Positions 54,301 through 64,000 of a stretch of 64,000 nucleotides of DNA are shown here, piece by piece. Made by a program: the position numbers and the translations under genes. Location of the stretch: NCBI RefSeq assembly GCF_001194135.2, contig NC_068991.1, forward strand, positions 22,356,546 to 22,420,545, given 5' to 3'. The stretch comes from Octopus bimaculoides. Taxonomy: Eukaryota. Each line of letters starts with the position of its first letter. Within the stretch, counting starts at the first letter, position 1. The notes under the pieces were generated by a model. It ran no database searches. It saw only the letters and a program-made list of their open reading frames with translations, and was not told where the DNA came from.

Positions 54301-55860
54301 TCATCATCATCCGGTCGGGTGACTTGCCAGGATGAATGCGACACTTCCACACTAGATCTCCCGATCGAGTGATGTAGCATCAATATCTGGCTTAGGTTTT
54401 AGTTACATTGGTCTTTCGCTAGCTGAAATATCTCATCTGCATACATCATGAGACTACAGTTGATATCAGTAGTTCGCTGACTGAACTGGTTGATCCTGGC
54501 CGTTGACAGTCCGTTGTCTGTTCATTCACTCTAATGATATTCGTCATCCACCATGCTGCATCTCATTATTTCTGCGTATCCTGGATCGAGTAGCTACATG
54601 CTATTTAATCCCTAGCTGGGACCCTGACAGAGGCTGCTATTCCTAGTCAGAGTAGACCTGGGATCAATAGTGACTAAGAGTTGGTCCCACATTCATCAAA
54701 ACCTTGAAACTCCCGAACCAAGGCCCCACTACTAGATGCTGTTTAAAGAAATACTATCTGTTGTAATCATTGACAACATCCACCAAGTGTTACCGTCGGG
54801 CTAAAAAAAAAAACATTCTTATAGCACAACTGAGAACAGCCACTAGTATTCTTGTCTGATATATATGTTCACTTTAAATGACACCTTTATGGATTTGTCG
54901 GATATAATCAAGTATGAGTAGCTTATGATGACTGAGTAGCACGTACTTTGTGGTGGTTTGTTACGGAGAAGACATCAGTGCCTTATACTTTATCTCATTA
55001 GAACGTGTAGAAGATCCAATAAAGACAGGGCATATGAAAGTGTTCATTTCTGCTCTTCTTTGGTACACATTGTCTATGTTTGACTTCCATGCAAAAGTTC
55101 TCAAAGTGAGATAGATTATGTTACCCTGAGGAAGAGAAGCCTATCCTTTCAGAGAGAGCCCTTCGACGGAAGGAAGTGAAACTATCACACTGCGATTTTT
55201 TTTTTACTATTTGCAGGTGAAAATTGTCACTAACTTTCTCGTATTCTTCTGTTGCTTTTTTTTAAACCCTGGGTCATCACTGGATGAGCGGATGAACGGA
55301 CCTATGATCAAAAGCAATCTACCTTTGAGTTTCTTTCTTTCTTTTTTCAAACATTCTGTATCTAGAACTACATTTCTTTTAGTGATTTGGTCTTCACAAT
55401 CCTCCAAGATAGATGAGATTGATCTTGTTCACCATAATGTTTTAATTGCAAGGATGTAATTCGAGGGAGAGCTGATTGCTATTTCTAGTAAGTTGAGCGA
55501 ACAAGGGTGCTTCTACGCTTAAGTCCTACAAAAGTAGTCAATCTTTCTTCAAATCACACCATACCGACTGTGTTTAAAATGAAATGAAACAATGGACAAA
55601 ATAGTCCTAGATATACAAAAGACAGAGTGTTCACAGATGGAGCGTCTTTAATAACCAGTAAAGTGGATTACACTTGACCAGAAGCTAATCAACAAATAGC
55701 TACCACGTCGAGGCTCCGTTGTTGGTTCTTTGAAACACAGTAGGGTCTCACGAATGTTATGTAGTGAATTGAGAAACTTCAGACAAGCAATTGTTAAACA
55801 AAAATTCCATCTCGAGTTTCCAATGAAATCAATTGATCCAAATTTTCGGACAATATTGAC

Positions 55861-57576
55861 CAGTGGTTCTCAACCTTTTTAATATGCGGGCCAGATCCAA
55901 AACCTGGGTTTTTTTAGGGGCCGCACCAAAAAAAAAAAAAAATGAAAAGCACAAATCAATTAAAGAAAAATTATTATTTTTATAGAGGGAAGACTGTTAC
56001 AAAAAATTCACAGAATGAATTTGTCCCTTTGGCGGGGATGGAGGCGTAAATTCAATGCAACGCGAAAACTTCGTAAATGTGGAAGCCTGGCATGACTCTC
56101 CTGATGAACACAGTTAATTGCTCTGTATCGGTAATGTCTTTTTGTGCCGCTAAAAACAACAGAGTAGCAAACAAAATCCCTTGATTTACTGTGAAGCCAG
56201 TCGTGTAGGTCACGTGATATGCTTTCAACTCGTCGAGTAATTGTGTCATTACTGAGCTATATTTTCTTAGCTTCTTTTTCAATGCTAGAACAATATTCTT
56301 CAGTGAATATGACAATAGCCTGTTTCATGAATTTGCCATCAGAATACAACTTCTTGTGGCAAGCCAGAAGGTAGCTAATCCTGTACGATGCCAATGTTAC
56401 GTCCTTAGAATCGCTTGTTTAAAGAAATTCGCTTGCTTTGTGTGCGCTGATTTTAAGTATTCCAACTTGCTTTTCCTTGATTCTCTTTGGTAGCAATTGT
56501 ATTCTATAGAATGAGTTTCGTAGTGCTTCTCAACATTAAACGACTTCAAACTCTTTATCACAACAGGACAGAAAAGGCAGTGTCCCTTGCCATCTTTTGG
56601 TGCTGCTCTGGCGTGTGAACTACAAGGGAGATTACTTTAGGTTACTTTTTAAATTATTTTGTACATACTTTTTTCAAAATTCTTGTCATTTTAATAAGAA
56701 GAAAACCATATAATAATTAAAATAAACGTGTAGATCACCCACCAAAGTAAATTTGCTCAAGTAGATCACACGGAAAGTAGCACTAACACAAAATAAACTA
56801 AACAGTAACCTAAAGTAATTTCCCTTTAAATTGTAGATCACACGCGCCAAAGTGACACGTTTCTTGGGGTTTTTTTTAAAGAATTTAGTGCTAGTTTCTT
56901 GTAAAAATGCAATTGTCTTCTGGTCTCTTGCAAAAATGCAACTGCCTCCGTCTTGTCACTGATCACATTGTAAAAATCTTTAGCCAACATCTTACGGGTT
57001 TTTAGAAATTGAAAAATAAACTAAAAAGTAACCTAAAGTAATCTTCCTTGTAGATCACACGCCAAAGAAGCACCCATCTTTTTCAATTACAAAATATATT
57101 ACTTCCCAATCAGCTTGAAATTCGCGGTTTTCTTGCATAAGTCTACGAGCTTTCTTCGAAGACACTTCTGCCATGAAAATGGATGATAATGCGCCGATGA
57201 AAGAATGAATAATAGCTGACTGAGTGGTTTCTTGCTTTAACAACACCGGTAATCGAAGATAACAAAATACACAGATCAATAATGCTCATTTACTGTGCTG
57301 TAATTGGTTTGTCTGAACAACTATTTCTTGCCAATGTGTGCGCGTGTGTATATCTCGATGAAGTCGTTGCAAACTCGAGTCAGTGAATGAACAAAAATAG
57401 TGCAACTTCATTTGAAGACAGACCTGTGCTTGATATTTTCCAAGGCATTTTAGGTCTGGTACCAGTATTTCTGAATATGCAGGAGGACTTTCTAAATTAC
57501 TATGTCTTTTTTTTTTTAAATGACGGGGGCAGCTGGAAGGATGCTTGAAGGTTGTATGCGGCCTTGGGAGTTACTG
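55861..57576 (-). mobile_element. hAT (Buster/SPIN-like) transposon fossil
   Basis: Left end CAGTGGTTCTCAACC. 8-bp flanks ATATTGAC (55853-55860) and ATATAGAC (57577-57584), 7/8 identical. Coding remnants ENREFQADWEVIYFVIEKDGKGHCLFC..FNVEKHYETH, LSNDTITRRVESIS, DITDTEQLTVFIR. Confidence 0.85.
56599..57074. mobile_element. 476-bp Merlin-like MITE nested in the hAT transposase
   Basis: About 62-bp TIRs beginning GGTGC (6 mismatches), perfect 8-bp TSD CATCTTTT at 56591-56598 and 57075-57082, and an internal TIR-like copy near 56791-56850. Confidence 0.85.
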
Positions 57577-58099
57577 ATATAGACAATGCAGATGAAAAAC
57601 TATACCTAACTCTAAATCCATATTGACTACATTCTCCAAATACTTCAATCAACTGATCTTACTGGCATTATTCCCCTTACTTGTTGCAGTTGCTCGAAGG
57701 TTTACAACTCACTGTATTATGTATGTGAGACCCTATTTTAATTGTATCTAGCCTACTCAATATGTTTTAGGGGAAATACATCAGAAGAGGTATTTTCCTT
57801 AAGCCCTATTGTTGAGAAAAAGATTTTCGCTGATCAGTTGACCCCAATTACATGAACAATCATGATCTCTTCTTGTGGAAAGCTTGCATGACCATGTGGT
57901 TAAAAATTTCACTTTGCGTCAAAAAATCAAAATTAATTCATGGATATGTTTATTTTTGAGATAACTTCTTTTTTTTTTTTTTTTGCCTGGTCGTACAAGG
58001 GAAAATTTATTTTTGCATTCTTTTTCTCACTACATAACCAGGACATGAATAGCTGTATTTTTCCGGTATAGACGAAATAAATTTATATGTAGTTTAATA

Positions 58100-58427
58100 C
58101 ATACTGGAACTGTCGGTTACGACGACAAGTGTTGTAGTTGATCCGATCAACGGAACAGCCAGCTCGTGAAATTAACCTGCAGGTAGCTGAGCACTCCACA
58201 GACACGCGTTCTCTTAACGTAGCTCACAGGAAGATACACTGACACACAGAATGTGAGTAGGCTGACCCTTTGAAATACAGGCAGTACTCATTTTTGCCAG
58301 CTGAGTGTACTGGGGCAACATGAAATAAAGTGTCTTGCTCAAAGACACAATGTCTCGCCAGGTATTGATCTCATGACCCGGCGATCGTGAGCTGAAGACT
58401 CCTAGTTACTAAGCCACGCGCCTTCAC
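58100..58427 (-). mobile_element. tRNA-derived SINE family D; also 36236-36530(+), 22616-22760(+) and 48187-48522(-)
   Basis: tRNA-like head plus central block TTGAGCAAGACACTTTATTTCA..CAGCTGGCAAAAATGAGTA. Confidence 0.75.
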
Positions 58428-58649
58428 ATGTAATTTAATAGGCAACCTTTTTGAACAAAGTGTATTATTTGACGCAGTTTTTAAATAGAAATTCCACTAA
58501 TCAATTCTTATGAGATTTTAGCTGGTGAATGATATGCCTGCGAAGATACTATGTAGTATCACGTCGGGGTCACCAATTTTAGCTGGAGGGTTGTTCTCTG
58601 GCCCTTTTAATACAAATTCTTGCTTCCCATGAGTTGTATATAAAATTAT

Positions 58650-60560
58650 GGGAATAATACCAAAAGCCAGCTTTTGATTAACAAGCTAAATAAAATTATA
58701 CAACGAACCAGATAATTCGTCACGAAGAAAATTTGAACTGTAGAGAATCATCCATAGTTGACTCTTCAGCTCAGTCAAGCTTGGTTACACATCCTTCAAC
58801 AAGAATAAAAATAATGTGACGTGGCTTCCTGAAAACAAACTCTCCCCTCTCCTTGCTCTCACCGGTGAAAATGAAAAACCTCATGCTATTTAATAACAAA
58901 AACTGGCTCAAACCAACATTCTAAATTTGTCGCGTCTGGTGGCCTATTGTGCAATGCGATTGGATATACTCTTCGTATCCCGCGTAAAACTAGACCAATC
59001 CAAATGCTTGACTCGACAAAGTATTTCAGCATCACATAACTGGTCACTTGACCAATCATTGGAAACTCACGCCTGGAGCCAATTTCCGAGTACTTAAGTC
59101 TAATCATGCAATTATAAAATTAGTCTCACCACAAGATCTTGACAATTCCAAAGTGACCCAAACATTTTAAGGAATGGCGTCAAGGATTGATAGAATCCAT
59201 CCTTCACTCCAGACATGAAAGATAAGATAGTAACGTTTACACTGATAAATCCTGTTGGACCTTCAGAGGTATAGATATAGAGAATAAGTTGTGTTCAGAT
59301 CTGTTGTCTTTTAGTTTGATCATTCTTCAGCGAGTTGTTAACTATAAATCCGATGCAATCGGGAAATTCCCCATGCAAAAAAGGTGTAGCCCTTTTTCTT
59401 CAGTATGCACATACCCATTTTTTCTTCAGAGTTTTTTTTTTCTTCAGAATGGCCACCTTGATAACTTTCTTGATAAGTTCATTGAGATTACATCAGTTAT
59501 TGAAGTAAAGTACAAACTACTAGATGATGTAACAGTTAGTATTAGTTACAGAAGATGACAACCGCCAATCTCCAGCTGTTACAGGGAATCAGAGGGATTC
59601 CGGGAAAAAGAACAAAAGGTGTTGCTCCCATTTACAACCAAACATTATTCCATAAATCCTCGAGTAGAACTGCGGTAACTGACAGATACAGATAATGAAT
59701 TGGATAGAGCACGACTCAGAGATCCTCATCAGAAGAAACACTGTCATTACTCAAGGCCTTGAATGAGTCAAATGCTTTTCTCATCGTGGTTGAGGTAGAT
59801 TCAGAGCAAACGATAGCTGAACTCAGGAAAGACTTTGACAGCTTGTTCTCTGGAAAACATATCCAATAACGGCTTGTTTAAATCCCAATATGATGTCCTT
59901 TGATGAAGCTAGAGAGAAGTAATGGTGTCAAATGACACAAGATAAACTAAAAGTATTTATATAAAAATAAGGGTGTCGGTAGTTAATGCAGTAGCTACAG
60001 GAGTATCTCTATCTTCGGCAAACATTTCGGACATGTCTTGGACGTTCTTCACTAAATGGTGATGCAACATGTCTCCAATGAATACAAAACACAGCTCTTG
60101 TGGTATTAAATTATCGTTAAACATAATTTTCGACCGTAGAAATGTAGGAACTGAAAGGTCCCCACCCACCCAAAAGTCACTTTCGTTGACCCCCATCAAA
60201 GAATTTAAATTGGTTTGCAGAGATGGTCTTATAGAAGAACAGGTTTTGGAACCATCTAATGTGACTACTCAGAAGGCTGTAATATCAATTGACAGATACA
60301 CGGTATAATGAAATACATGGAATAAGGTAGTAACTTTAAATGTCTTTAATGCCGGCCACATGCACGTATGTATACACAAGCCGAATGATAAATGGAAGTG
60401 GTTGATGGACAATTTATTCATATATCTACATGCATCTGCGTAGGTTGTATGTTTGCTGTTAACCCTGGTGAGGAAGCTCACGAACAGCGATATGTTAGGA
60501 CCTGTGCAGTGTTGTCAGTGCTGTGCAGAGATGTTGTTGACGACGTTGGTGAGAGACATG
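58650..60560 (-). mobile_element. very old CR1/L2-like LINE fossil (endonuclease plus partial RT)
   Basis: Weak motifs in the correct order: VTLDGSKT..RP, FWVGGDL.VP, HHLVKNV, HNRP, FVFRK and SKA..SH. Heavily interrupted. Confidence 0.4.
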
Positions 60561-61472
60561 ATGGTGGCGACGAAGATGGAGGTCGCTGTAATATGGTCAG
60601 TGGTTAGACTTTAGAAGGTCTGGAACCAACAGGCTTCGAAACTAGGAAGAGGTGAGTTCTTATAGCTAACGGTAGGCTCAAATGGAGTTTAGAACAAACT
60701 GTCTCACGTGATTTATTTGGAGGCTGTGATTGGTTAGGTTGTATAGAGTAAGAGACAATAGAGTAAGAGTAAGAGATAGAGTAAGAGACAAATTGTGCTA
60801 ATACCAACCAATCAGAGTGGTAGACACAACGGCGTCCAAAACAGCGCCTAAAGGTTAGCTGTTACTTACTACGTTCGTATATATGTATATATAATAGAGA
60901 GAGAGGAAGTTCACTAGAGTTCGCTAGTCTTTTGAGGATTGTTTCTCCTCAAAGTTATACAGATTAAATGGATCTTTCTATGAAGGTATGAAAGTGATAG
61001 TTCCAAGAAAGCTACTGCGCGTTCGCTCGAAATCTTAGAAATAGTAGCTAAATCTCTTCCAGATTACAACTTATCGTTTTGACTAAGAAAAGACGCATTT
61101 AATAACGCAGTCTTGCATACTTTGGGAACCACTGAATCCATTACCATAAGGGTAATAGGACTGAAAGTTAGGTTTGCATTGTGAATATTTCAAACAGGAT
61201 CTTTGGCCACAGAAGGAGCCAAAATATCCACAAGTGGTAAGGAAACACCAATTTAGTTTACATGCTGTCACTGTTTTTTCAATGATAGCCTATTCTGCTC
61301 TGCAATAGCTACTGATACTAGGTGGTGGTGAGTTGAATGTTAAGTGGCTCATCCAGAGATACTATATTATGTCACTGATAGCATATGAGCTGCCACTTAC
61401 AGGGCATATCTCATCACCTTCACCTATTTTATAGCTTTCTGTATGTATGTATGTATGTATGTATGTATGTAT

Positions 61473-61849
61473 GGGTGGAGGCGCAATGGCCCAGTGGTTA
61501 GGGCAGCGGACTCGCGGTCATAGGATCGCGGTTTCGATTCCCAGACCGGGCGTTGTGAGTGTTTATTGAGCGAAAACACCTAACGCTCCACGAGGCTCCG
61601 GCAGGGGATGGTGGCGAACCCTGCTGTACTCTTTCACCACAACTTTCTCCCACTCTTACTTCCTGTTTCTGTTGTGCCTGTAATTCAAAGGGTCAGCCTT
61701 GTCACACTGTGTCACGCTGAATATCCCCGAGAACTACGTTAAGGGTACACGTGTCTGTGGAGTAGTGCTTGCACGTTAATTTCACGAGCAGGCTGTTCCG
61801 TTGATCAAATAAAACCTCGACGTTGTTAGCGATGGAGTGCCAACAACAA
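61473..61849 (+). mobile_element. tRNA-derived SINE family C, young, (CAA)n tail
   Basis: A box TGGCCCAGTGG, B box GGTTTCGATTCC, CpGs intact. The 3' body is shared with 58100-58427 and 36236-36530. Confidence 0.85.
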
Positions 61850-61863
61850 TGTATGTGTGTGTG

Positions 61864-61906
<43 letters not shown>

Positions 61907-63101
61907 ATATGTTCTCTTCTAGTTTTAATTATTTGAAATCTTCTTGTAAGGAGGGAGTTAGCTCCTACCAAAGCTACAAAGCTCCATTGTTGGAATGTAG
62001 GTAACAAAAGCAAATTAACATTTTGAAATTGAGAAAAGTCTTTCATATTTTCATTGTTCCACTTACAGAACAGTGAAAATATGTAATGTGTGTGTTAGAT
62101 GATTGATTTCTTTTTTCTGTCTGTCTGTCTGTATGTATGTATGTACATCCATATGTGTGTATGCATACATGTGTGTATACATGTAAAAATGCAGGTATAA
62201 CAGAGGAATTAAGTTTGTTTCACAATCCTGAGCTTTTGAGCATGATCCCACAGTGTGCAATATTACACAAGCATCTTTTATTCAATCAAATTTGATCAAG
62301 TAAGAAGTACTCTGTACAATATTTCATGGAATTTGTGTGAAAGTCATTCAACTGAACTATACCTGTAATTCAAAAGCCCAACCTCATTATATAATGTGTC
62401 ACACTGATGCTGCCTGAGAATTGCATTATGGCTACTTGAGCCTCAGAAAAACCCTGCCAAATACACCTTAGTCCAATAAACAAGTAATCCAGTTTTTCAA
62501 GCAACTGCAATATTCATTGATAAAATTGAGATCCATCAAATTTATATAAGTACGCCTACAGATTTATGCATATGAGTATGCATGTGCGTGTGTGTGTGTG
62601 CGCACGTGGTGTGTGCATGTGCGTATGTGTGTGCGTATATGTGTATATATGTGATTAAAGAAAAGAAAGTTTAAAAACGCACTTGGAGTCCTTAGAAAGA
62701 TTTATCTACATTTACTCAATGAGTTTCAGTTTCATAATTTTTCGAAAATATTGTAAGATATTGTGATGCTGTATTTGTATTGACAGCAAATACAGCATAG
62801 ATCCAGTATAGCTGTAGTAAAGTTCCATCTCACTCTCTACTTTTGTAAGTCATGATATTGTGAAACCAGTTAAATAAATGTAAGTACAGTTTTTTAAAGA
62901 CTTCAATGGCATTTTCAACTTTTCTTTTCTTTATACTTCTAGAGTCAAAAAATCCTATTTTCTTGCATCATCAGTATCAACATCATCAAAATATCACCAT
63001 CACAATAACATCATTGTCATCGACATCATTGTCAGTGTTATTTTCATTTTTGTGTAATTTAGACGACAATTTATTCACCGCACCCTGTATGCATATATAT
63101 A

Positions 63102-64000
63102 CATCATCATCATCATCATCATCACCGTTTAACGTCCGCTTTCCATGCTAGCATGGGTTGGACGATTTGACTGAGGACTGGTGAAACCGGATGGCAACAC
63201 CAGGCTCCAATCAAATTTGGCAGAGTTTGTACAGCTGGATGCCCTTCCTAACGCCAACCACTAAGAGAGTGTAGTGGGTGCTTTTACGTGTCACCCGCAC
63301 GAAGGCTAGTCAGGTGGTACTGGCAACAGCCACGCTCAAAATGGTGTCTTTTATGTGCCACCCGCACAAGAGCCAGTCCAGGGGCACTGGCAACGATTTC
63401 GCTTGAAAATCCTACGAAGGTCAGTCAGGCGGTACTGGCAAATGTCACGCTCAAAATGGTGCATCTTATGTGCCACCCGCACAAGAGCCAGTTCAGGGGC
63501 ACTGGCAACAATCTCACTTGGCTTGCCGGGTCTTCTCACGCACAGCACATTTCCAAAGGTCTCGGTCAGTAGTCATCGCCTCGGTGAGGCCCATATACAT
63601 ATATATATCATCATCATCATCATCATCAATGTTTAACGTCCGCTTTCCATGCTAGCATGGGTTGGACGATTTGACTGAGGACTGGTGAAACCGGATGGCA
63701 ACACCAGGCTCCAATCTAATTTGGCAGAGTTTCTACAGCTGGATGCCCTTCCTAACGCCAACCACTCTGAGAGTGTAGTGGGTGCTTTTACGTGTCACCC
63801 GCACGAAAGCGGCCACGCTCGAAATGGTGTCTTTTATGTGCCACCTGCACAAGCCAGTCCAGGGGCACTGGCAACGATCTTACTTGGCTTGCCGGGTCTT
63901 CTCACGCACAGCACATTTCCAAAGGTCTCGGTCAGTAGTCATCGCCTCGGTGAGGCCCATATACATATATATATCATCATCATCATCATCATCAATGTTT
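63102..64000 (-). mobile_element. tandem array of 5'-truncated RTE-type LINE 3' ends with (GAT)n tails
   Basis: Units at 63102-63592, 63607-63958 and a third starting near 63974. The 5' part encodes LTEAMTTDRDLWKCAVREKTRQAK-like RTE C-terminus; the body contains GGTTGGCGTTAGGAAGGGCATCCAGCTGT. Confidence 0.85.

Noticed and set aside
61473-61550. tRNA gene
   Set aside because: A and B boxes are present, but there is no closing acceptor stem and the sequence continues into a multi-copy SINE body. The same applies to the other tRNA-like heads.

Overview
AT-rich, microsatellite- and SINE-dense eukaryotic genomic DNA with many N gaps. The repeat repertoire looks like octopus (coleoid cephalopod); this is recall, not a database result. 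The one clearly recognisable host gene is the 3' part of IFT43 (intraflagellar transport 43, + strand). Five short GT-AG exons at 8589-8638, 11965-12037, 31907-31979, 33875-33937 and 36819-36923 splice in frame to ...ERLRPKNILEEDESDSDVAAIPELEDQPDEDLIPQVADAPMVQISKVLTYRELDNDLKQAAFPSLDGEVDLKMLTRCLLPESDLIEEDKPWNWEQLFTEVSSEI...*. The ORF track misses almost all of this. Introns and flanks hold transposon fossils: a DD37D (maT-like) and a Tc1 transposase, several hAT fossils, mariner/piggyBac/Merlin-type MITEs, RTE, R4/Dong-like and CR1/Jockey-like LINE remnants, Penelope-type fragments and several tRNA-derived SINE families. A candidate promoter and first exon of an unidentified gene lies at about 51.25-51.37 kb. 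Most notable observations: a structurally complete minimal type-I hammerhead ribozyme motif in sense orientation inside the 19.9-kb IFT43 intron; a second hammerhead-like family with a CCGAAGA core; an RTE LINE ending in three tandem C2H2 fingers; a 269-bp near-perfect palindrome; (TAA)n-centred nests of Dong-like LINEs and tandem SINE arrays; and a Merlin-like MITE whose removal restores a hAT zinc finger. No CRISPR, rRNA or true tRNA genes are supported.
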